Source: an uncultured virus (IMG/VR IMGVR_UViG_3300033571_024374)
Lineage: Duplodnaviria; Heunggongvirae; Uroviricota; Caudoviricetes
Virus record (IMG/VR): IMGVR_UViG_3300033571_024374
Location: 62,001-123,972 of that record
Strand: one strand, 5' to 3'
DNA: 61,972 nt
Part shown: positions 8,608 to 17,700 of the stretch, piece after piece
How the letters are laid out: each line of letters opens with the position of its first letter
How positions within the stretch are numbered: position 1 is the first letter of the stretch
Program-made: the position numbers and the translations under genes
Notes under the pieces: model-generated
The model's input: only the letters and a program-made list of their open reading frames with translations
The model's database searches: none
Told to the model about the DNA's origin: nothing

Positions 8608-10026
8608 TTAAGCTTTATTATCACTTGTAGTATCTACACCCTTAACTGCCACTTTATCTTCTTCTGATTTACCTTCCATTCTAGTTTTTAAATCTTCTAC
8701 AAAAGTAGATATTGATAATTTTGTATTTTTACCTATTCTTCCATCAGATTTTAAACCTTGTCCGTTAATCTTAATTTTCGATTGGAAAGTTTTTACAGCT
8801 TCACCTAATATATCCGCATCGAAAGTACCTCTATTGATATAACTTGATGATTTAGGTAAAAGACCCATTTCGCTGAAAAGTTTTTTCAAAGAAACGATCA
8901 TATCCTGCTCAATCTTAGAAAATTTCTTTTTTTCATAAAAAATCTTTTCACTTTCAAAGAATCCAAGCTTTTCGAGTTCACCATACGAATCTAAAATACC
9001 TTTAGCTTTAGCTTGTACTTTTTCGGATAAAATAGATTTTTTCTCTTCTTTCTTCTCTTCACCCTTAACTGATTCTACTTCTGTTGAAGCAATAGCCTTT
9101 AATACCATAACTGTAGTTAAAGAAATGAATAGTGCTTGCAAAGAAGGAATAGTGATATTCTTCTTATATTCAGCACCCAATAAACCATATTGTTCTTCTA
9201 CAATTTCTTTACAGATAGAATTCAAAAATTCTTTAAAATCATCTATCTTTGAAGGAATAATCTTATTCTTTAAATCAGCTGAAATAGAAATAGAACCTAC
9301 AATTGATTCTAAATAATCATAAGGATTATTATTATATGATATAAATTTCAATCCATCGATATTCATTGATTTTAATACCATTTCTAATAACATAGAAACT
9401 CTTACAATAGGATTCTTACCCATAATATTCTTTTCTATAGTAGAATCAATATCAGTTTCTTTTAACCACAGGAAAGAATCTAAAGCAAATGAATCAGGTT
9501 CAATCTCTTTCAAACCCATATCATCTACCTTTTGATACACGGAATCCTTTAATCCAGTTTGATTTCCTTGAATATTTGCCGTTAAAGCTTTAAAAAAGAT
9601 TTCTAAAATTGTATCTTGACCCTTTAAAGATCTAACATTAGAAACAAGTTTTTTAATATCTTGTTTATTTTCTTTTAAAAATTCAGAAACTTTTTCTACA
9701 ATATCCTTTTCAGCTTTCTTTACTGCTTCTTTAACATAATTCAATTGTTCTTCAACAATTCTGTCAGCAGTTGTATCTTCAGCTGTACTTTCATTAAAGA
9801 GATCTTTAGCTACTGGTAAATTTCCAGATAGCTTTGTATAAGTTTCAGAATCAGTGTCGATTTCCAAGCCTCTTAAAAGATGGTAAATACTAAGTTCTTT
9901 TAAGTATGGTTTAGCACTTGTTCTAAAAAGTCCGCCTGAAAAACTTTCGTTAATGAAAACAGTTTTGGATTTCAAAGCTTGTTTCAATTCATCTACTCGT
10001 TTTTGGTAAAAATTTTCGTCAATCAT
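8608..10026 (-). CDS. Peptidoglycan-binding-domain protein
   Basis: GTFDADILGEAVKTFQ..LKSDGRIGKNTKLSI. Confidence 0.75.
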   Translation of the reverse strand: MIDENFYQKRVDELKQALKSKTVFINESFSGGLFRTSAKPYLKELSIYHLLRGLEIDTDSETYTKLSGNLPVAKDLFNESTAEDTTADRIVEEQLNYVKEAVKKAEKDIVEKVSEFLKENKQDIKKLVSNVRSLKGQDTILEIFFKALTANIQGNQTGLKDSVYQKVDDMGLKEIEPDSFALDSFLWLKETDIDSTIEKNIMGKNPIVRVSMLLEMVLKSMNIDGLKFISYNNNPYDYLESIVGSISISADLKNKIIPSKIDDFKEFLNSICKEIVEEQYGLLGAEYKKNITIPSLQALFISLTTVMVLKAIASTEVESVKGEEKKEEKKSILSEKVQAKAKGILDSYGELEKLGFFESEKIFYEKKKFSKIEQDMIVSLKKLFSEMGLLPKSSSYINRGTFDADILGEAVKTFQSKIKINGQGLKSDGRIGKNTKLSISTFVEDLKTRMEGKSEEDKVAVKGVDTTSDNKA

Positions 10027-10041
10027 ATAATTTAGGTTTTT

Positions 10042-12135
10042 TTATCTATTTGCTAATGCCGCTTGCATTTGTTGTATATATCCCTGTGTCTGCTGTCTTT
10101 TTTGATATTCTTCCTTAGAAATTGTACCCTCTAAGGAACTTTTAACTACTCCCGACAAATATTCTATCTGTTTAGCAATATAGTTAAGTGTTGGAAGATC
10201 AGCTTTACCATTTATTTCTATTTCTGTACTTGTAGGTTTTGCATTCGTTTGGATAGAAGCTACAATTTTAGCCATCTCTTCATCATATTTACCATCAGCT
10301 TCGCCTGAATATATTCCAAGTTTTTTAAGACCCATTTGCAACATTTTAACATCCTCACCTTCATCACCGATCTGTATATACTTTCTTTCTTGACCTGTGC
10401 TATCCTTTCTGTTTGTAATACCAACAGGTTTATCGAGATTTTTACTATCTGCTGTTAAAGGTATTTTACCTTGATAGAACTCTTTTTCAAACACATGGAA
10501 AGCTGATGAATAAGCAGATACTAGTCCCATTGTGACTAATCCTAGAGATGGGAGTTCATCATGATTCTCCCATTCCCGTTCTAAGCTATTCACAAAACTC
10601 ATTGATGCGGTAGAATTTGCTTTAATATAATATGGAAAAGCTTCGCTATCTATTTGTTGTATACATTTTTGATAATCAGAATCTGACATGATTTTAGAAT
10701 TATTCAAACTAGTACACCATGCTTTAATTTTATCGGTAATATCTTGTGACTCTAATGATTTTTTAAAGCTTTCTCCAATTTCATCGAATGTAAAGAATGG
10801 TTCTAATTTTTGATTTGCTAAATCCTTTTCAAAAACGGAAACTAATTCTCTCACTGGTTCTTTCGTAGTATCACTATCTGATTTTTCAAACCATTTTGCA
10901 ATCCAATATATTCCATAAGCCATTCCTCCAAATTTTAATATACCCCAAGCAGCCGCTGGTATTTTAAAAATAAATCCACCTAAAGTAAATACATTAACTA
11001 TAGCCTTAATGCTATCAGTTAAACCCTTTCTTAAATTTGTAAAGAATTTCCACAGACCTTTACCACCCCTGCCATCTGTTGTTTTGGTTTTTTTATTTTT
11101 TAAATTTTCACGGAATTTATCCCAAAATCCTTTCGCCTTTTCTCCCTCATTAGAATTAGCTGTAGGCATGCTTGGATCAGCTTTAGGTGTTGCATCTACA
11201 TTTGGCGGTGAATCTACATCTGGAGTTTTTGTAGATGGCTTACCTTGTGTGTGAGTTGGATCAACATTACCAAGATTTATATTATCCGCATCTTGTTTAA
11301 TTTTAGTTGTCGTATCCTTCAAAGCATCCTGTGCATCTTTAGGTGCTTTGCCTATATTCTCTGCAACATCATCAGCTGCGTTGGCGATTTTTTTTGCAGC
11401 ATCATCAACAGAACTAGATGGGGTATAATGCATACTATAAGTAAACGCTTTACCTGTTGATTGTGCAGCCCTCGCTGCATCATCAGAAGCTTTAGCAGCA
11501 CCACCAAGTCCCTCACCACCTTTAAATAATTTACCTATTGCTTTTGTAAATGCTTCAAATCTCGATTCATTTACATATTCATACGATTCAGATGTATTTT
11601 GCCCTTTAGGTTCGATGACCGCTGTATTTAATGATTGAACTAATTGATTTACTGGTTCTTTAGATAGATACCAATTCACTAAAGAATTTCTAATTATAGT
11701 TCCTAAAGTAATTGGATTACTATTAAGAATTTTAGAAGTTTCTTCATCTATACCTTCTGAATTAAATTTTAAATCAGAATTAGCAGATGAATTTAAAATA
11801 TTAGCAATATTAGCAACATAATATTTAGCAGCAACTTCCAACATTAATGAATCTTTCTTAAGAGGTTCTGCAAAATCTAATTGTTCAGCTCTATCCTCAT
11901 CCATTATACCCATAAGTTGAGCATAAATATTTGCTGGTATATTACCAATAGGAGTATTATAAAGTTTCTTAATATTCTCATCTATTTCTATACCCTCAGA
12001 CCCAGGAATACTTAAAAGAGGTTTTCCATATTCGGTAGCAAATTCAGAAGCAGGCTTAACTATCTTCTCATCGATCCATGATGGTAGACCTTCTTCATTT
12101 AACTTGTTTTCATATTCATTAAATCTCTTAATCAT
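10042..12135 (-). CDS. Large protein with an Ala/Asp-rich region, a hydrophobic membrane-like segment and a C-terminal peptidoglycan-binding domain
   Basis: AIVNVFTLGGFIFKIPAAAWGILKFGGMAYGIYWIAKWF; IGDEGEDVKMLQMGLKKLGIYSGEADGKYD; N-terminal MIKRFNEY..LNE. Confidence 0.75.
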   Translation of the reverse strand: MIKRFNEYENKLNEEGLPSWIDEKIVKPASEFATEYGKPLLSIPGSEGIEIDENIKKLYNTPIGNIPANIYAQLMGIMDEDRAEQLDFAEPLKKDSLMLEVAAKYYVANIANILNSSANSDLKFNSEGIDEETSKILNSNPITLGTIIRNSLVNWYLSKEPVNQLVQSLNTAVIEPKGQNTSESYEYVNESRFEAFTKAIGKLFKGGEGLGGAAKASDDAARAAQSTGKAFTYSMHYTPSSSVDDAAKKIANAADDVAENIGKAPKDAQDALKDTTTKIKQDADNINLGNVDPTHTQGKPSTKTPDVDSPPNVDATPKADPSMPTANSNEGEKAKGFWDKFRENLKNKKTKTTDGRGGKGLWKFFTNLRKGLTDSIKAIVNVFTLGGFIFKIPAAAWGILKFGGMAYGIYWIAKWFEKSDSDTTKEPVRELVSVFEKDLANQKLEPFFTFDEIGESFKKSLESQDITDKIKAWCTSLNNSKIMSDSDYQKCIQQIDSEAFPYYIKANSTASMSFVNSLEREWENHDELPSLGLVTMGLVSAYSSAFHVFEKEFYQGKIPLTADSKNLDKPVGITNRKDSTGQERKYIQIGDEGEDVKMLQMGLKKLGIYSGEADGKYDEEMAKIVASIQTNAKPTSTEIEINGKADLPTLNYIAKQIEYLSGVVKSSLEGTISKEEYQKRQQTQGYIQQMQAALANR
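10075..10082 (-). promoter_or_regulatory. Putative late promoter inside the 3' end of the upstream gene
   Basis: TATATATC on +, 49 nt upstream of start 10026. Confidence 0.5.
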
Positions 12136-12144
12136 TAGATTTTC

Positions 12145-13362
12145 TTAATTTTGAGTCGCTACATCTTCTTCAGAGAAATCACTAATCAAATCATATATGA
12201 CTTCCCCCAATATCCAAAATGCATAAATATTTAAAAGAAACATCACAATAGGTCCTGAACCTGGGATTATAATGTTAGATATAGATGCTATAATTGTATC
12301 TATAAGAATATACTTTCCAAAATCTGATAAAGCATTTATTAAAATAGCAAATGTAGGCCCTAACATTTCAAATTTAAAAGGTCCATTTATCCCAAAATGT
12401 TCAGTTAAGAATTTTGAAGAATATTCAAGTGCTTCATTTCCATTTGCTTTAATATATTCTGAAAATTCCTTTATCCAACTAAATGGTGGCAAATTGTCTA
12501 ATTTTTGTATACACCATTTATAAAAATCATCAATCATCTGTATAGATTCATCTAATCTTCTCATATCTTTAAAATTAGGAATCTTAATACTAATTAGATT
12601 TAATTTAGAATGATTATTTACATCTATTGCATTTTCTTTTATTGCATCTGGTATAAATGTTAATAAGTGTTCTTTAATGTTATTTTGAATTGAATTAACA
12701 TTATCTGATTCATTAACAACTTTATTAATAGACATAGTAACCTTTGAAGCAAAAACATCACCCTCGATAATTTTCCCGATGGATTCGACAAACATATTGC
12801 TCAATTGACCTGTTTCTTTTGTTAATGATTCCCAAATAAATGCATTTTTATCAAACACATCTTCATTTAAAGATTCTTTAATTGAGTTAATCTGTTGATT
12901 TATGGATATAGTCATTTGTCTCTTTAGTGATCTATTCCCCGCAAACCATTTATTAGTTTCTATTTTTACACTGTCCCATGCAGTTTGTATACCTTCCATG
13001 ATTTTATCAACCACAGAGCTTATAGCTGACATTAAATTAGTCCCTAATTCAACTACCCAGTTAATAGCACCCTTCACAGCTTTCTTTGAAGGTTCTATAA
13101 TATTTTTTTGAATAAAGTTTATAGCATCAGAATACAAATCTTCTTTCAATAATCCCCATTGATCGATTGATAATTGTCTTTCTGATATAAATTCCAAAAC
13201 AAGCTTTTGCTCTCTTTCTAAATAAATATCTTCATTTCCCAATATACTTTCAGCTATCGGGATATATGAATTATTTTTAAAACCAAAATTATGCAATCTT
13301 TGGGATTGAAGATATTGGTCAAAATTTAATATAGTTTCTCTTTTAGGTATTTGCATAGACAT
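12145..13362 (-). CDS. Protein with C-terminal hydrophobic helices, probable virion/ejection protein
   Basis: LGPTFAILINAL..ILIDTIIASISNIIIPGSGPIVMFLLNIYAFWILGEVI; repeated xxES sites; ATG at 13362 preferred over TTG 13365. Confidence 0.6.
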   Translation of the reverse strand: MSMQIPKRETILNFDQYLQSQRLHNFGFKNNSYIPIAESILGNEDIYLEREQKLVLEFISERQLSIDQWGLLKEDLYSDAINFIQKNIIEPSKKAVKGAINWVVELGTNLMSAISSVVDKIMEGIQTAWDSVKIETNKWFAGNRSLKRQMTISINQQINSIKESLNEDVFDKNAFIWESLTKETGQLSNMFVESIGKIIEGDVFASKVTMSINKVVNESDNVNSIQNNIKEHLLTFIPDAIKENAIDVNNHSKLNLISIKIPNFKDMRRLDESIQMIDDFYKWCIQKLDNLPPFSWIKEFSEYIKANGNEALEYSSKFLTEHFGINGPFKFEMLGPTFAILINALSDFGKYILIDTIIASISNIIIPGSGPIVMFLLNIYAFWILGEVIYDLISDFSEEDVATQN

Positions 13363-13378
13363 CAATAATTTATAGTTC

Positions 13379-13386
13379 TATATATC
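13379..13386 (-). promoter_or_regulatory. Putative late promoter GATATATA
   Basis: Just upstream of the 12145..13362 start. Confidence 0.7.
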
Positions 13387-13426
13387 TTTTTTCAAACATG
13401 TGCTTTCAAGTTATTACCAACGATAT

Positions 13427-14404
13427 TTATCCCTGCCAACGAGATCTACTACTACCAACAGTATCTCTTACATCAACATGAACGAAGTTTGGATAAATCC
13501 CTAAACCACCTTGATGGAACGAATCAACATAATTATAAAGTTCACTAGGTGTAACACCTGATATCGTTATATCTGCTGCGTTACCAAACATATGTTGAGA
13601 TCTTGTAGCTACGCCTTTACTTTTACTTCTACTACGCAATCCAGCATTATATGATGGGGTTCTATATCCTGAATTTATGTTAATATCTTTTCCAAAATGT
13701 TCTCTTATCTTCTCAAGTAATTCTATCAAATAAGGATTTATTAAAATTACATCAGATCCGTCTTTACAAGCAAATTCAGATACTTTGAAATTAGGAGAAA
13801 GGTTTTTATCACCATCTTTACTGTTGCTATATTGTATAGATTTAGAAATGTATTGTTCAAATTCACTCGAAGGGTAATCAACACCTCTATTTACACCCTC
13901 ACCCTTTGTAACCGAAGAAGCTGGTATTTGTATCTTCAAGTCTGGTGTTGGGGTGACAACAGCAGGTATTTTAGGTTCTTTAAGAACACCTTTTGTATCT
14001 TCTTCACCTTCTTTAGATTCAAATTCCAATAAAAATTTTATGAATGACAATGGAATTTGATTTTCAATCTGTATAGGTAAATTAAAATCTTTAGATATAG
14101 TTTTAGCTGCATCTAAAGTTACTTGATCTAAAAGTCCATCTGCACTATGATTCTTGAGGTATCCTAATCCAATCAAAATAGATTGTAGAACTGAAATGTC
14201 TTGACTTCTATCATTTACATTTAAGACCTTTAAACCATCTATAAGCTCTTGTGAGAAATATTCTCTAGTTATCTCTTTAATTAGGTCACTCTTCTCTTTT
14301 TTATCAGATTTACTTGTAATTAAACCAATAGCTTCTTGTGCATTTTGAATTTGTACTTCGTTTAAAACAAATTCACCAAAGCTGTATATTTTCTTTCTAT
14401 TCAT
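13427..14404 (-). CDS. Peptidoglycan hydrolase: PG-binding domain plus Peptidase M15A (M15_3-like)
   Basis: LSPNFKVSEFACKDG, INSGYRT..YN, SQHMFGNAADI, GLGIYPNFVHVDVR; N-terminal IYSFGEFVLNE tag. Confidence 0.9.
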   Translation of the reverse strand: MNRKKIYSFGEFVLNEVQIQNAQEAIGLITSKSDKKEKSDLIKEITREYFSQELIDGLKVLNVNDRSQDISVLQSILIGLGYLKNHSADGLLDQVTLDAAKTISKDFNLPIQIENQIPLSFIKFLLEFESKEGEEDTKGVLKEPKIPAVVTPTPDLKIQIPASSVTKGEGVNRGVDYPSSEFEQYISKSIQYSNSKDGDKNLSPNFKVSEFACKDGSDVILINPYLIELLEKIREHFGKDININSGYRTPSYNAGLRSRSKSKGVATRSQHMFGNAADITISGVTPSELYNYVDSFHQGGLGIYPNFVHVDVRDTVGSSRSRWQG

Positions 14405-14409
14405 AAGTA

Positions 14410-15366
14410 TTAAGCTATCATATTTTGAGAATCTACTCTCGACAATTCAAAGTGCATACCGTCCTTTCTTCTATTAAAATGACCACCCCAAAAGAACCCA
14501 AGTTTTAGTGCCGCTGGGACTAATTCCCTAACACTACCCTTTTCACCAACAGCTGGGGGCATCTTACCTAAAGGATTACTACGTGTGTTAATGTCAAATG
14601 CTATACCGAAAGCATGAGGACTTAAAGTACTTTGAGTTCCCCTAATTACTCTAGGGACAAAGCATCCTGCCCAGTTTTCTATTTTGCTCAAAAGTCCAAG
14701 ATTTTCCCATTCTTGCCAAAGTGCAAGTATTGGTTTTGCAGCAAGTCTATGGCAACGAATTTTAGTGAGTTTAGGAGGATTTTGTATTTTAGACAATTGC
14801 GGTAAATCTATTGTAATAATATTTTCTTTTACAAAATTATTTTGAACAGTAATATAATCACCTGATGCCTTTACCCATACAATTTTTCCGAATAAATTTT
14901 CCTTTTCAACTAAATTTAATGAATGTATATCAGTTGGTTTTGGTGGCCAGTTGTATTTACCATCTTTATACTTAGGATCATCGTATGAATCCTTTTTTTT
15001 ATCAGTAGAAAATTCAAGCTCACTTGATTGATATGTTGTAAATAAATCTATAACTTCTTTAGATATAGGTTTATTCACATCTACTGATACATTAGACTTA
15101 GAAGCAAATTTTTTAATAGCTTCCATAGTCGTTTGATCCAGTTGCCCACTCATTTGTGATGCTGACAAATACCCTAACCCTAATAATAAAACTTGAATTA
15201 TTTTTACATCCTGTGTAGTTTCATTAAAATTAATATCAGAACTACCCTTTTGTAAGTTTGAAGATATAAATCCCTTACTAACCTGTTGAACAATTTCAGA
15301 TTTTTCCTTTGAGCTTTTGGAATTCTTTAAAGAATCTATAATATCCCTAGGTGTCTCTAATTTCAT
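14410..15366 (-). CDS. Peptidoglycan hydrolase: PG-binding domain plus M15-family peptidase (M15_4-like)
   Basis: LSPHAFGIAFDIN, GFFWGGHF, DGMHFE; N-terminal VKIIQVLLLGLGYL..GQLDQTTMEAIKKF. Confidence 0.88.
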   Translation of the reverse strand: MKLETPRDIIDSLKNSKSSKEKSEIVQQVSKGFISSNLQKGSSDINFNETTQDVKIIQVLLLGLGYLSASQMSGQLDQTTMEAIKKFASKSNVSVDVNKPISKEVIDLFTTYQSSELEFSTDKKKDSYDDPKYKDGKYNWPPKPTDIHSLNLVEKENLFGKIVWVKASGDYITVQNNFVKENIITIDLPQLSKIQNPPKLTKIRCHRLAAKPILALWQEWENLGLLSKIENWAGCFVPRVIRGTQSTLSPHAFGIAFDINTRSNPLGKMPPAVGEKGSVRELVPAALKLGFFWGGHFNRRKDGMHFELSRVDSQNMIA

Positions 15367-17156
15367 TTTTTAGATCCTATTATTTTATTATAAACGAAAG
15401 GAAATATCGTTGGATCTTCATTTATTAAGTAGTCTGAAAATATTTCAGATGCTTTATCTAAATCACTAGAAATATAATAAGAACCTGGTTTATCTTTAAA
15501 TTCAACAAACACTGTTTCTAATAATTTTACCTTTTTATCATCAGGAAATTTAGCAAAATTATAAACGATCGTTTTTATTGTGGTAATAACATCATCCTCA
15601 TTAGTCGAAGATGTTAATATTTCGGAAATTTGAGGTATATTTTTACCTGATATTTTATTCTTTAACTTGTCTAAAACTGTTTTTGAGAAATTAGCAGTTT
15701 GTATAGTATTTTGAATCTGTGTAGGCTCAGATTTTTCTTCAGTAGTTTTATTAGTTTCTTCTTGATTTTTAATATCTGATTCAATGTTTGTTATATCATC
15801 ACTAGATACATCACTCGAATCTTTAAAAAACTTTATCAATTCTTGTATAATCGTTTCATCAGTCCATATAAGATTAGATAATTTAGTCGCTAATGTTTCT
15901 AAACTCAAATCTGATTTTATTACTTTTTGATCATCTTTACTTTGAAACATCGTATCCGAAATATTGGATGATTTCAAATAGTCAATCTTATTTACAAGTA
16001 TGTCTTTTATGAAGTTATTAAGTACCTTTTTCCCACTTTCTTCATCCATGGATTCAAAGATATTTAAAACCATTTTTTGCTTTATATTAGAAGAATCTTT
16101 TTTGGCTCTTTTTATAACTCCATTTAAAAATGCTTCTGTTGTAAAGTTACCTATATTTTCCACAAGATCACTACTTAAAGTCTCTTCGGTTTTCTTGATT
16201 TCTTCTGGTGTTTCTTTTGGAATATCCTTTACTTCTGGAGTTATTGGCTCAGTTGCTGATACCTTTTGATCTTCTTCCTTTTTAACTTCTTCTTCAGCCT
16301 CAACTGAAGCATTAGCAATATCTTCGATTTGATCTTCACTCTTACTCTTCAATTCTGCGTTCCAAGAATCCCATTGTGCTTTTCTGTCAACTGAAGGTTT
16401 TCCAAAAATAGCAACAGGACCTTCGATTGATTCTAATTTAAAATTGATTATTTCAGCATTTTCAAATTTATTATTCTTGAATAATTTAAGTAGTGACTCA
16501 TAAGGAATTTGAACAGCATTCGCTAAAGTAGTCAAGAATATAAAACCAGGTGTACTATTTTGTTGGTCATAATCATATCCTGGATACTTCACTAGAAAAT
16601 GTGTAACCTGAAAAATAGCATTGTCATAATTTATCTCTTCAGAATCTACATCTCCGCCTTTAATCCAAGACATAAAATCTGAAAAAAATGATTCAGAAAC
16701 ATAACTATCATATACTCTCCTATTACCATATCTATCATAATAGTATTTAGATGAAGATCTTCTTCTTTTAGGATACTTTTCATATCCAACTAAATAATCA
16801 TGTAAACTATCGATATTAGGACTATATGACTTTGTGAATTTTGGATCCTTAGATTTAGTTGTAGGCATTAATACTACAAGATCACCTTTCCATGTATTCG
16901 AATTAACGCGAAACGTCTTCATTGTTTCATAGTTGATAGAATTAATAAAATTCTTTAGATACTTTTCAGTAACTACAATAGACTCTGCCATTTTTTTAAG
17001 AGGGCATAAACCAGGTAGCATGTGTTTAGAATCGAATCCAAATTGAGGATTCATATCAAGAAAGTTTTGAATTCTAGATACTACGTTATCTATTTCTTTT
17101 TTCTTTCTGTTTTTTAAAAAATCAAAAAATGATTCGCTAACATTCGAATATCTCAT
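15363..17156 (-). CDS. Hypothetical protein with internal duplications
   Basis: 597 aa; VSESFF occurs twice, heading two similar domains; acidic linker. Confidence 0.65.
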   Translation of the reverse strand: MRYSNVSESFFDFLKNRKKKEIDNVVSRIQNFLDMNPQFGFDSKHMLPGLCPLKKMAESIVVTEKYLKNFINSINYETMKTFRVNSNTWKGDLVVLMPTTKSKDPKFTKSYSPNIDSLHDYLVGYEKYPKRRRSSSKYYYDRYGNRRVYDSYVSESFFSDFMSWIKGGDVDSEEINYDNAIFQVTHFLVKYPGYDYDQQNSTPGFIFLTTLANAVQIPYESLLKLFKNNKFENAEIINFKLESIEGPVAIFGKPSVDRKAQWDSWNAELKSKSEDQIEDIANASVEAEEEVKKEEDQKVSATEPITPEVKDIPKETPEEIKKTEETLSSDLVENIGNFTTEAFLNGVIKRAKKDSSNIKQKMVLNIFESMDEESGKKVLNNFIKDILVNKIDYLKSSNISDTMFQSKDDQKVIKSDLSLETLATKLSNLIWTDETIIQELIKFFKDSSDVSSDDITNIESDIKNQEETNKTTEEKSEPTQIQNTIQTANFSKTVLDKLKNKISGKNIPQISEILTSSTNEDDVITTIKTIVYNFAKFPDDKKVKLLETVFVEFKDKPGSYYISSDLDKASEIFSDYLINEDPTIFPFVYNKIIGSKK

Positions 17157-17165
17157 AGTTTTAAA

Positions 17166-17630
17166 TTATATTTCTTCGTGGCTCAATACTGCAAATTTTG
17201 ATTCACCAACTTCTTCAATTGGCATATTCTCTTCAGAACTAATGAATCTGATAGTTGCATCTTGTAATAAATATTTCCCAGCAGGAAATGAATTGTTGAG
17301 ATTGTTTTTTGTTGTATATTTAATCAAAAGCTCAATCTCTTTAGCATTAGATTTACCAGCCAAATTAGCAATCACAAGATTAATTTGAGCATATTCAATC
17401 GAAGGTCCGAATATACCTAAACCTGCTCCAGTAACTGGATTTGAAATGAAAGTCTGACTATCACCATAATCTCTATGTAAAGAAAGAATCTCAATCTTTA
17501 CTTTATATGGTTTTAATACAACACTATTAATGTGTTTTTTGATAGATTCTAAATCTTCCTTTAAAGGTTCACCCGCTACTGATTTAGCCTCATTGACCTT
17601 TTGTTCCTTGTATTCCTTAAAAATTCTCAT
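17166..17630 (-). CDS. Hypothetical protein, probable internal head protein
   Basis: N-terminal MRIFKEYKEQKVNEA tag. Confidence 0.65.
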   Translation of the reverse strand: MRIFKEYKEQKVNEAKSVAGEPLKEDLESIKKHINSVVLKPYKVKIEILSLHRDYGDSQTFISNPVTGAGLGIFGPSIEYAQINLVIANLAGKSNAKEIELLIKYTTKNNLNNSFPAGKYLLQDATIRFISSEENMPIEEVGESKFAVLSHEEI

Positions 17631-17657
17631 AGAAGTTTTACAATTTTTTTATAGTTC

Positions 17658-17665
17658 TATATATC
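17658..17665 (-). promoter_or_regulatory. Putative late promoter GATATATA
   Basis: 28 nt upstream of start 17630. Confidence 0.7.
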
Positions 17666-17670
17666 AAACT

Positions 17671-17695
17671 AAAACCCTATAAAATATAGGGTTTT
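17671..17695 (-). terminator. Terminator after the portal gene
   Basis: AAAACCCTATA-AAA-TATAGGGTTTT. Confidence 0.75.
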
Positions 17696-17700
17696 GAATT

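Noticed and set aside
13427..15366. Classical lysis cassette
   Set aside because: No holin or spanin adjacent, and 13427 carries the tag-like N-terminus; an endolysin role for 14410, which lacks a clear tag, is not fully excluded
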